In this document: positions 36,707-49,100 of the stretch, in pieces | How positions within the stretch are numbered: the first letter of the stretch is position 1 | Layout of the letters: each line of letters begins with the position of its first letter | DNA from: Lepidodermella squamata | Taxonomy: Eukaryota; Animalia; Gastrotricha | Direction of reading: 5' to 3' | NCBI GenBank assembly: GCA_047495785.1 | Contig: JBLDXI010000017.1 | Coordinates: 3,596,001-3,660,000, forward strand | DNA: 64,000 bases | Notes under the pieces: generated by a model | Told to the model about the DNA's origin: nothing | The model's database searches: none | Seen by the model: only the letters and a program-made list of their open reading frames with translations | Made by a program: the position numbers and the translations under genes

Positions 36707-37936
36707 TGACGATAGCCTAGTTTCTCCAATTATCACTGATGTTGCTTTACTATTCGTTCGATACTTTTTCTACCAAGGGTTGTAAAAAAGCTGTCTTGCA
36801 TGTACATTAAACACCGCTAGATTGATTTATTGTAAATTCCACGCCGCGGAAAGCGGCGCCTGACTGGGGTGTTATCCTCAGGTAGCAAGACGGCAGTTGT
36901 TGCCGCGCCGACACAACGATGCTATTGAGAACTGTTTTCCGTTTGTAAGTTTTTGTGTTTTCTCACCATTTTTGGAGTTTTATTTGGCTTAATTCGAAAC
37001 AATTTTTTGATTTTTGTTTGAATTTTAATACGACGATGACAAATAATTTCTCGCGATGTTGAATATTGATTGCTATCGATTGATTGATTGATGAATTCGG
37101 CCGATAGTTGATTGTCAAGTCTGTGGCCCAGCCACATTCCATGTTTTAAGGCTGCCCGTCTCATGCGGCCGGATATTTTTGATTTTTGTTGTTTATCTTG
37201 TACATTTCAATGGCTACTTGCTGATTGACAAGTTCCACGGTCGTTAACGAGGCGCTTCTATTCTCCTTATCCTTCATTTTCTTCTTCTTCACCACTTCAG
37301 CATCCAGCAGAACTTGCAACCGCCGTTCTTCTCGATATAAGGAGTAGTTTTCCACCGCGGAGTCATTTGCGTACGTCTTCCGGATTATTATAACTCTCTC
37401 TCCATTGATAAAACAGGTCACGACATGCAATTTAATGTTAATGTCCCGTGTCCTGTAACAACAATATTGATGTCTCGATGCTACTAATTGAATGTATTAA
37501 TAGTAATTCAGATGCTTACCTACTACCGTCTTGAATGTGTATCATCTTTTTTACGACCCATGCACGTGTAGCACCGACGAGCGCTATCATTGTTCAGTGC
37601 TTTTGTCTCGGCCTCACATAAAGCTCATTTTCGTTAACTTTCTTTTCCGCCGTCACGTCACGCGCTATCGTTCGTTCGTTCATCTCTCTCTGCTCCAAAG
37701 TCATCGCTGTATAAGGTTGACTCTCATAAGAAAATCTGAGGAAATTGCCGTCAAACGGGTCTGCAAGATTGCCATTATCACACATGACATGAATCGGAAT
37801 TATTAATATTATTAAAGTAATAAAAGTCATGCATGTACGCAATATGCCTCGGTTTTTTTGAAATGAAGAAAACATTGCACGGGAAAGAATTCTTTATTGG
37901 CACTAGATTGTTCGGTGTTTCATCAAGATTCATAGC

Positions 37937-39074
37937 TCACAGACGCTTGCTCTTCTCGGCAGCTTTTTCGTAGATCATCGAGGTGAACGGGCCCTCGAAT
38001 CGAAGTGCTACCTGATACCAGAAGAAAACCCATACGGTACAAGCTAATCCGATCCAGCTTTTAGACCTGAAAAACGTAATATTATGGGTTTTCAAAGGCG
38101 TTAGCCGCGCAAATAAAACTAACAAGAGACTGTAGCCGCAGAAAATCATGGTCGATCCAACATACCTGGCGAAGTAGAACAATGAAGTAGCATGCTTCAA
38201 AATTCAGTGAAAAAGAAAATTAATCGAACTTGAATGAATTCTTCCTAAATTCAATGAAAAAACTGCGGCTAAACTCAAGAAAACAATTAATTTTCGTCCG
38301 ATTTGAACCTAATGACGCGATTTGAACCGCCAGCTCTAACCAAACCCCAAAGACCCTGAATTTTACCTACATGGTCCTTCGCAAGCGCTACCTTTCCCTT
38401 TGAATTGAACCCTAATTTAGTTACAGTTACAGTTAGTTATGCTTTTAGTTACAGCTTGGTTTAGTTACAGCTAGCAGAATGTTTCGAGTGGAAACCAAAG
38501 AAAAAGAATACATACATTGGGTCGTTAACAACATTGAAAGGGAAAGATTCGACTTTCTCCTTCATCAAGATGCCGAAATAGTCACCGAGGTAAGTTCCAA
38601 CGACGCCAAGTTTATACATTGAGGTAAGGACGAATGTTGCACCAACAGCGATGAGAGCGTATCCCACTGGTGGAAGGAAGGCGATGCCTGACAGTAATTT
38701 GCTTGGCGAATGAGATTCCATTGCAGTATGGAAGCTGAATAAAAGTTGAACCGCACTTTGCTTGTATTCTGCAGTAATGGCGGAAAACTTACAGGTAGTC
38801 CCTGAAGGAAGAACCGCTAAAGATAGTTAATGCCAACACGTAAACGGCACGGCGAGCATTACCACAACCGAAAAGATAGGTCAAAGCTTTAGTATAATAC
38901 TCCAAACGCGCTGTTAACAGATGCTCATTTCAGGAAATGAAGGTGCATTTTGAAATAAAACGAACCGACCGTATTCCAGAAAATTGGCATGAACATGACA
39001 GCAGCGAACATTCTGAGCACAGCCGGGTGCTGCCAATCAATTTTCGTTATCTCCTCAACGACTTGTTGATACAT
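37937..39074 (-). CDS. PEMT: Phosphatidylethanolamine N-methyltransferase (PEMT/Opi3 type)
   Basis: FMPIFWNT|VARLEY, LTSMYKLGVVGTYLGDYFGILMKEKVESFPFNVVNDPM|YVGSTM, YQVALRFEGPFTSMIY. Five GT-AG introns. Confidence 0.95.
38417..38472. repeat. Degenerate short tandem repeat (TTAGTTACAG/GTTACA units) in the enlarged PEMT intron
   Basis: ttagttacagttacagttagttatgcttttagttacagcttggtttagttacagct. Confidence 0.55.
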
Positions 39075-40164
39075 TTCTGAGGTTTACTATTAGATAAATA
39101 TACTGATAACAGACGTAAAAATTAACAGCTGAACATCAATTTGTGGCGATTTGAGTTTATTTGCATGACAAGCAAAAAACAGCTGGCTGCTAATGCTAGT
39201 TTTTTTCAGCATGGCACGAGCTAGTAGTTGTTTTTTGTATTGATAGTGTAGCTACACTACCCTCGAAACAGCTAATCAGCATTCACGTTTTTTTGGTCCC
39301 TGTCGTTATCACAAAAAGCCGAGCCCTCGGAGTGCAAAACGCCAATTTTTATTTGAGATTGATGGTAAAAGCAATAATTATTACTTTTCGTTTTTTATCA
39401 TTATTATTTCAATCAATCATCCTGCAAACAAGAAAAATCAGCATCGGATGAGTGAATCCGGCCAGATCTCAGAATAAATAAGAGATATAGAATATGGAAA
39501 CGGTTGGTCCAATTTTGTATTATCTCAACAATGATAATTTCGCATAGTAAAGAGAGTAATAAAATGAGATCGAGTTGCGCTGCGACGCGCGGCATTTCCA
39601 GCCATTCGTCACAACTTTCAATGTTAAAGGTATCACAATTAAGAGGTGGTGATGCACACCCACGCATTCAACGGAGTCGGCTGGCCGTGTCGTGAGTAGA
39701 TAGGCTTGTGAGAAGATCAACGCGGTGGAAAATATAGTAGCAATTGTACCGTTCACACAGAGGGTGAGATGTGCGAGCCTGATGAGATGCCTTTCAGAGA
39801 TCAGCGAGTATAAAATGAATAGTAACGTCGAGGATGAGGAGTTTCAAAGCCGAAGGAAAACTAGCAGGTATCAAAAACGCCGAATAAGAAACTGGCACGC
39901 AGCATCACATAATCATCATGGTAATCTATAATTAACAATAGCAAGCCAACTAATGTTCAATAGCAACAGAAGAACCTCAAAATTGACAGCAAATTTGCGT
40001 TCGAAACGGCTATTAGTCATGAGCGCCGCGGAAGAAAAGTAGTCGGTAGTAAAAAGTAAAATGGAATGTTTGACCTTTTTGTTACCGTGGCAATGAGAAA
40101 ATCAACCACAAAATAGCTAAATTTCTTATCGATCGGAAGGTAAAAATTAGACGGTGCACAGTGT

Positions 40165-43100
40165 TTACAACTCGCCCCAGTCGTTCGACGGCGGCGGTGC
40201 GGGTCGTGAGGTGCTACTCGAGTACCGACTACTCGACGGCTGGTACAAACTGGACGAAGGCGTCGAGTACAACGACTGCGTTACCGGCATGCAGTACGCC
40301 GAGCTAGACGACTGACTCGGTTGCTGGCTAGAATACCGTGAGGCGCCGACAAGTGGCGACGGGCGCATGTAGCTATTCGGCGGCGCAATTTGCGACGAAA
40401 CTGGCAGAGGCGCCGGCCTGATACTGGTCGGCGCCGACGGTTGAGTTCGCGAAGTGCCGATCACGCTGGTGTAGTGACTGCTCGGTTGGGCGGTAAGTCT
40501 GTCACCGTCATTCGCTGGCCGGGATCGGGATGAAACTTCGCTGAGGCGGACACTGCCCGGCGAACTGGTCAGCGACGAGCCCCCGGTAGAAACAGCGTAA
40601 GAACTCGTCCGCTGCGCCGGCGGCTGTTCATTCAGCGGCATCAATAAACTTTGATAGCCCTCAGCAGCAGCCTTGTGCAGGTTAGCACTCCGCGCCGCTC
40701 GTTCCGACGTCACATTCGAGGAAACAAGTGGAACGAGGTCTCCCAGTGCCCTGTTGCTAGCCGAGGGTTGTGTCGACTGGCGCAACGAACGAGGGCTCTC
40801 GTAGCCGCTAGCTACCGAGATCGCGAGCTGTTCGTGCCGGCTTGGCGGTTGTTGACTAGGCCGGCTGATTGGAGCAGCCGGGCGTGAAGACTGAGGTGCA
40901 GTCGTGCCCGCCGCACGATTCGACTGCTGCGGAACTGGGCTACTACTACTGCCGTGTGTTGAAGACTCGAGAAGAGGTGTCACTCGGTTGTCATTGCCAG
41001 ACATCGCAGACTCGCTGCGTTTCGTCAGCTCCACCATCGAGCAGCGCAGCAAACGGTGGTACTCGCAAAGCTGGCTCGGCTTCATCAGCGGAACCGGCGG
41101 TCGCGGCGACGTTCCGCTGACGATTGACGCGGCCGCAGCTGCGGCGTGCGCCGCCAGGTCGATGTTGGTGAGCGAAGGTACGCGATTCGTAACGGCGTCA
41201 GTGCCTGCGTCGACTAGGGCCAGCGTTTCGTCGGCAGACAGCAGGTTGAGTTCGCGCTCGCGTTCGATGCGGAACGCCTCGATCATAAGATCGCGATCGG
41301 CCTGCATGTTGTACATGGGGCCCTTGCGGCGCGCCTTCAGTTTCGGCGATGTCGTGTTCAAGTTCTGCTTCGGCACGTCAAGATTAACGGGGGTCGGCGA
41401 CTGAGCTTGGGCTGTAAGACTCGGCTGACTGCCAGCGTTGTCCTCGGCTGGTGGCAACGGATGGCCGAGCAGTTGCATCAACCGACGCCGGCTTTGTGGG
41501 CTCAATTTCGAGCTTAGGACCTCACGAGCATTCGACGCCAAGTTGACTGGCGGGAGTGGCGGCGGTAGAGGTACCTCGATTTTTCGCGGTTGCCGGCGAG
41601 GCTTGGGCGGCTCGATTGGTTCGACCGGAGCCGGAGCAGCCGGGACGTCGGTCATGGTACCAGCCGAGCTCGTTGCAGCAAGTGCCTCTTTCACAATCTT
41701 CTCCGCATCGTAGCCCTCAGCAAATCCTGGAGGCGGAGGTGGCAACGGCGGTGGAGAAGCCGATGTCCTATCGAAGAAAAAAATTAAATAAATTCGAAAC
41801 CCTAATTTAATAAACCTCATACCCAGTTTCTCGGCACTCTTTATCCTGTGACGTCAAAACATTCGTTTTCTGAGACTCGATTGGTTTGGTGGGCTGTAAT
41901 AGCAAACAGAAATATTAGTTAAAATTCATTCAAAGCTGCAAAAAGGCACTTACCGATTGCAGTTCGGCTGATTCTGAGGGTTGTTCTTGAACGAACGCCG
42001 CACGGCTATCCAAGCTGCGAGCGCGGCGAGGAGGCCGTCGCTGTTCAAACGACTCGAGCAGTTCAGCTACGCGCCGGCGTTGTTGTTCGATAATTTCCTC
42101 CGGAACGTCAGTTTGAACCGCCATGCTCGACCAGGCAGTGGCGGAATCGGGCGTGCCTAGCGGCAGGCGGATCTCGCCAGCCTGGACCAGGCGCAGCGCC
42201 TCTTCTACGAGTTCAGTTTGTACAGCCGTAGTTGCCCACAAACTAGACGTGTAGCCCCCAGATGCAGGTGAAGACCGGCGGCTGTCGCGATGCTGGGCAC
42301 GGAGAGCAGATTCAGGAATGGGTGAAACACCCTGGCTACTGATACCAGCTCCATAGCCAGGCGAAGTGGCGTACTCGCGGGTACTCCGTCGAGTTGGCTG
42401 GCTTTCTTCCGCGCTCGAAGTGTTGATAGACAGCGGCAGTTGAACATCGACCGGGTCTGTATCAGCCGATTCTGAAACGTGGCGGCGAGTCGGAAGCCGC
42501 TTGGCAGAAGTCAAGCCAAAATCGACGCTACCAGTTGCAGAGGCTTCAGCACCCGCCGTCGCAGCAGCCGGATGTTCGACGAATACGAACGTGATTGAGT
42601 CTTCGGACGGCGCGTGGCCAACGTTGGGCGACTCATCGCGGCGCCGTCGGTCGTCCTGGCTGCGAGCGCGTCGATGCAGCTCGCTAATGTGCTCATCACC
42701 CGGCGCCGCCTCAGCAGCTGACGCGCTTGAGGAGGATTGACGCCGAGCCCTCGCGCGCTCGTGATGCCGCACCGCTTCGTCAGACTGGGCGTGTTCGCTA
42801 GGTGGCGGTTCGGTTCCGGTCGCGTATTGCTGGTAGAAACGAAGCAGGACGTCTTCCGGCCAGCCAGGGACTTGCCCTGCCGATTGCTGCCAGAACCGCG
42901 GGCTGTCCGAGGTACCCAGACTCACGTCACACGCAGGTGTACCTTTGCCTTCTCTCAGCGAACTACTGCGAGCCCGATCAGGATCCGGATCGGTGCTTGC
43001 ATCGACCAAACTACGGCCGAATCTAGCGTCCCATAGGCGTTGCATGTCCTCATCGATACCGGAGGCTTGGTTAACTTTAGTTGTTTCGTCAGTACCAGTT

Positions 43101-46100
43101 TCAGTACCGACAGCGGTCGTGCGAACGATTTGCGCATCGGTTTCTACCGCCCGGCAGCGACTCGCCCTTCCATCGTCTGTACCGATAGCAATCGAATGAG
43201 ACTGCCCAGTCAACTCATCGGTTCCAGACAGGGTCGACTGCATCATAGGCTGCAGTTGCATGGGTGATGTGGCGAAATCGACTCCACGGCTTTGTGATAG
43301 CTGCAGCGAGGCAACTCGAGGAGACTGCCCAGTCACAGACGCAGGGGACGCCGGAGATGAGGTGACAGTTGGGTTGCGAATAACCGAGCTTACTCGACTC
43401 GACTGCTCGGCCGACACGGCGCCATGGCGAGGTGCGAGCATGTCGACGATTGAGTCGGTAATAGTCGGCAATGGTTCCTGGGACGAAGAGACGTCAGTGA
43501 TGGACAGTGACAAAGATGTCGAGCTCGACAAAATAGTCGGGAAGCCACTCGAAGCGTTCGCGTCCGACATTCGCGACACCGCCATAGTCGGCGTGGTAGC
43601 TCTGGCCTGATTGTAAAACGACCGCTCACCGACTGCCATTTGCGCAGTTTCCTCAAAGCGAGGGCTTGTTCGATTATAGTCAGCAGCAGCAAGACGGCCA
43701 GGCGAGATTTGAGGCTGGGCCGGCGCTGCTACCGGCTGCGCTGATCGAGGAGATAGCCGCAAAAGGCTATCTTCAGCTGGCGCTTGATGTGCCTCGGCAA
43801 CTTGGTCACGCTCTTCAACGTAATCACCGTCCTCAGAGGCTATAATGCTGTTGGTGGCCACAAGCTGGACAACTGGGCTGAAACGGATCGGCCGAGGTGT
43901 GACTGTTCGCATTAGATTGGCGATACTTGGTGGAAGGCCGGCGCTGTCTGAACGAGAACTACTGCCACCCGTGACGGCGGAGACGCCAGCCAAGGCCATG
44001 GCGCATATAGTGACTGAAGCCTCCATCAACAGCGACATGAATTCAGCGTTTAGCTGCGAGCGTCTCGCGGCTACGTCTCGAGGAACTTGAGCAGTAGCGT
44101 CTTCCGTCAGTTCCACATCCTTAGCAGAAGCACCACTACTCGGTTGTAGCTGTTGCGCGGCAGTCAAGGCCGCCTGGTTGCGGAATCCCATAGGCGGCAA
44201 AAGCCCGGATGGCGGTCTCGGTGGTTTCGACGCGGTCTTCGCATGCTCCACAAACATCTCTGGCGGTGGTAGCTGGCCAGAAACAGAACGCGGCCGTTCG
44301 GCTGGCTCGATTTCCGTCTCCGATCCAGAGGTTTGACGCTGGAGCCATTGCCAACAACTTTTCGCATCACCTTGGCCCATTTGGAAGCCAGCAGATGCTT
44401 CAGATGTTGGCAGAACGTTCTCGGCAATGCGAGGTACCATAAAGTAAGGCAATGGCTCGTTTTGACGCGTAGCTTCTTGCTGATTTGGCGATGAAGACGT
44501 CGACCGGCCGCCGCTGATACCAACGCTTTCGAGCTGGCGATCAGATGACAGAACCCTTTGCAGGAGAGGTCGGCCTAAGTCACCGCTTAGCTGCACCTGT
44601 TGTCTCGATGATTCATCCAGCAAAGACCGCAAGCCGCCTGGAGCGGAGACCATATTGTCAAGACCAGCTCGATCCTCCTCGCCGAAGTTTGAAGCCGCCA
44701 AACCTTCGGCGCTTCCGGGTGCAACGGCGAAATCTGACGGATGCGACGTCGCGTCGCCCGTCGCAACCGGACTGGCCAGAGGACTCGTTGCGGTTTCACC
44801 GCCAACAAGTACTGGCCGGCTCCGTGGCGAGGAGAAGGGAGCTGGAACTGAGATAACGGTCGCCTCTTCCGGTAGGCTATGCTGGCTGCCGAAGCGAACC
44901 GGCGATTTAGATGGCGAAGGCTGCGGGCTCGATGACTGTGAAGCGGTGAGCCGCGGTGAGAAGGACGCGCCGGTAGCGTGCGGATCAGCCGATTTGCTGC
45001 GAGGCTGCTGAGTTGTCTCCTCAGATCGAGAGTCAGCTAGTCTCGCCGACATCGGCCGGCCGTACCGCCGAGAGCCCGATAAGCCTTGCTTAGGCATGCC
45101 GAGCATCAACATCAGCAGTTGCTCATGTTTGGCGATCTCGGTTTGCCTTAGCCGCTCGGTATCAGCGCTGGTTTGTTCAGTCGTTTTCTGCTCATCAGCC
45201 GCAATTGCAAGTTGGTCATCACCTGCAACTGTCTTCATATACTGGTCTAAAATGGCTTCAGCGTTTTCACTGCCGAGAAGGTTGTCCAGCTGCTCCTCAG
45301 TGATAACGCCATGCTCGATCAGAGCGTTCACGATATCGGCAGATTCAGTTAAGGAAATCGCTGCCGGCTGCTCTACGTCGGGACGTGGCGATAGGTCAGA
45401 CCTGACACGGGGCGAATCAATCATTGGTGACTTCGATCGCAATAGGTCAGATCCGCGATTTTCTGAAATCGGCCGCCCAAACACCGCTTCGTTTGAGTCC
45501 TCGGTAAAGCCTGGGGGCGCTGGTATTTCCGAAAAATCGATTTCTTGTCTACCAGACAGCAGCACGCGATCCGGTGATTGAGTTCGTGACGATGGGCCGG
45601 ACAATTGCTTTAACGGTAGCTTAGCAATACTTTCCACCTGGCCGCGATCACTTGATGGCGATCTAGAGCGAATGAAACTGGACGCCTCGGGTTGTTCGTT
45701 TGAACTTGACCTACGGCGAACAAGCTCTTCAGCCGCCGAAAATTCAGGCGGAGGCGGCAAAGGTGACATGGGAACCTCTGACGACAAGCGACGAGACGCG
45801 ACTCTATCACCAGCTTCAACCGACGAAGATCGGCTGCTTGGTGTGAACACGTTCTGAGAACTCGAACGACGCGCCTGAGCTAATGATGGCGGCTCGGCTG
45901 AAGAACTTCGCGCACTACGAGATTCGAGGATCACCGCAGCTGGCGATACGGCTGCAACCTGTTGAAGTAAAGCTGTAGTCTCTTGTACGCTTTTCAGGAT
46001 GTCTTCAACGGAGCTGCTCACGGTTTGCGGCTGGGAAGTTCTCGGCGACGGCGCTTGCAGTGGTAGCGCGACGTCAACCGAGCGTGGAGAGATTGATTCA

Positions 46101-49100
46101 CGAGACGCTGCAAATGAAGTTGGCTTATCAGCCTTCACTTCCAGAGTAAAAGGAACTGTCTCATCCATAACAGCTGTGAATCTGTCGGCATCGCTGGAAA
46201 CACTGAATTCGTCCGAACTAGATTTCAAAGGCGAACTGGGAGCCTTTTCGGCAGTCGGTGAGTGTGGCAGACTTGATGGTTGGGCGCCAAACGGAATTTC
46301 TATGCTAATCGACGTCACAGGTCTTAGATCGTGGGCAGAGACCGGTCGTTGAATCGGCCTAGAAACGTCTGGGATGTCGCCACTAGCTGACGATCGAACT
46401 GACGAGCCGGCTGATAACTCCGCTGGCATGAGTAACCCAGCGGCTGCAGCAGTGGGCGATGAACGGTCACTCATTCTAGCAGAATCAATTTGGTTTTGGG
46501 AAGTCGATAGACCAGGCTCGTCCGGTGATTTCACTGAACGAGTAAACTCGGATGAAGCGGCTTTGTAAATCGTGCTCGATGGCGACAAAGGCCCAGCTAG
46601 CCCCGACATGCTGCGAGATAGCGAGCGATCGCCCTGCGAGATGGTCGGCGAAGTCGCGGCGATTGATGCGACGGTTGTGCTGATTTGAGGCTCGCTTCGA
46701 TAACACTCGCTGTTACAGCTGCACGAGCAACTGCAACTCGTGCTGCCCGACGTTGTCGTCATCGAACACTGGCAACTGGCACACGCAGCGCTGCAGCAAC
46801 TGCACGTTGTGCAGCGACGTGAACTCATAGTTGAAATTGAGGCAGGGCGGAGGTCGCCTTGTAAGTAAGCCGGCGCGTCTGTGGCGGCTGAAACAGCAGG
46901 CCAAAGGTTCCGATCAGCGCTGGTACTGCGCCTAGCAGAGCGAAGAGATGGATCGCCGAATTCGTCCTGCTGCCTCCTACTCAGCGAAGAGCTCCTCGGT
47001 GAAGATGACGAGCTTTTCGACTCGCCGGGCCGCGCGACCGAGGGCGCCAGGTGCGAGCGTCGAGTTGGCGCGGCTTGTTCCCCTGAAGTCATTGCAGTCG
47101 ATGACAACGGTAGGGCGTTGATCTCTGCCGGCGAGGAAAGCGGCTGCGCGAGTGGTGCTTCGTCAGTCGCAGCCTCTTGAATTCGCAGAGAGGATGACGA
47201 TGCGGTTGGCAAGGTAATAGTGAAGGTTTGCCCGGAAATCGATACGTCAACCTCTAGCTCTTCAAGCGCCCCAGACGAGGATCGCCGCACTGGGCTGGCG
47301 ACAGCCACTCGTTCCAAGGCGGAATAGCTGCTCGACAGGCCTCTGCTAAGAACAGGCATGTCTTCAACTGATCTCGGGCCAGGTGACGAGGACCTGCGTG
47401 CAAGTCCGATCAAAGCTGCAGGGTCCGATTCTGACAGTTGACTGATGCTACTAACTCGGTCTGTCGAAGACGACCGCCTAGAGCTGGTTAACGGATTCAA
47501 GCCGCCTTGCGACGTGGGCCCAGCGGCAATCGCCAAAGCGGTAGCAGGAAATGAAGATGACGTGGCAAGGTCGGAATCGCTCTGCCCAGACGAGCCACTC
47601 CCGGCCGTTATATCGGTGGTGAATCTCACACTCGGGGATGGAGAGCGTCTTCGGCCGATGGAGGACGACCGTGAATGACTGTCACCTCGTTCTCGCGAAG
47701 ACGCACGTCGACTTGAAATTCCGCTGGGCGGCAAAGCAGTTGACGGCTCTGCGGTAGTCTGCAAATATTCGCCAGAGAACAGCGGATGGCCAGCTTCTTG
47801 AGAATCAGTCGACCTGCTTTCAGCTTCCGTCCTCTCAACCTGTTGAGGTATAGCGTAGCCTGGAGACGATGAACGAGATGCCGACGCGCGGCGTGACCCA
47901 CTCAGCGGTGTAGCGGGCCGAACGAGATCTTCGCTCGGAATCGAGTCTGATGTGATCCTTTCAGACGAGGGTGATCTCGATCGCCCAACGGTGGCCGCCC
48001 GTGGCAGGTATTCCTCCGGCACAAAATCTTCGGTTTGATAGCGGCCGGAAGAAGCAGATAGCGGTCGCACTAAGCCCTCTTGGGAAGCACTTCGACTCCC
48101 TACGGGTGATTGCGCGACTTCTCCACTACCGCGGCTTTCGTCATATCTTCTAGCAGCAGTTAATGGCAAATTTTCACTAGACAGTGGTCTAATAATTCCG
48201 GAAGATAATTGGTCGTCTGAATAACGTGGTGCCATGCGAGAGCCGCTATCACTCGCTATGCTGGCGTTCGAGCTTCCTCGCGACAAGGAACTTTGCTTTT
48301 CGCTGGCCGAAGACAATGGCCTTTGTTCTGAACTGCCAACAGCAGCTTGTGGCATTAGCGGAACTCCCATTGGTGATGCAGACCGAGCCCTGATAGGCGA
48401 AGCAAGGCTAGTCTCTGAGCTCCGGCCCGATGGAGGCCGAGAGCCGGCAGTATCAACCTGCTCGAGTGAGCCTCCGCGAGATGGCGACCTCTGACCTAAG
48501 GAAGAAGCAGAGCGGCGCACGGTAGGGTCAAGGGCAGCATCTGCAATCACGGTTCCTCGCAAGACATCGCCTGGGGAAATGGAACGGGACCGCGATGCAT
48601 TTTCAGCCGATTCTTGACCTTGCCTTGACGCAGGTCGTCCAGTTGCGGCTTCATACAAGCTGCCACGTGACGAAGCTCTGCCGAGGCCCGTTTGACTGGG
48701 AAGCTCTTCTTCGGCTTGGCCTGTCTCACTTGATCGAACTCCGGGTGAAGCTGAGCGAGACCTGACACTTTGCCGCGACAGTGGCCGCTCGACAACTTCC
48801 CCTTCGAAGGTTTGTAGTTGTACAGGACTTGAAAGTTCGGCAACGCCAGCGTCTGTAAAAACGGCGTCTGGCAACTCAAAACTGACAGAGGAAGCTGAGC
48901 TTCTCGGCCTAGCAAGTCCAGGCGAAGGTGAGCGCGATCTTAAGACAGCGAGTGGGCTAGTTTGTTCAACGCCATGCCTTGATGGAGGCCTTCCAACGAC
49001 AACGTCTCCATAAGAAGGCGAATGCTGAAGTTCCTGAGGTAGATCCACATACCTCATATCGGCTGATAAGCTGCCGATAGGTGAAACTCTCAGAGCACCA

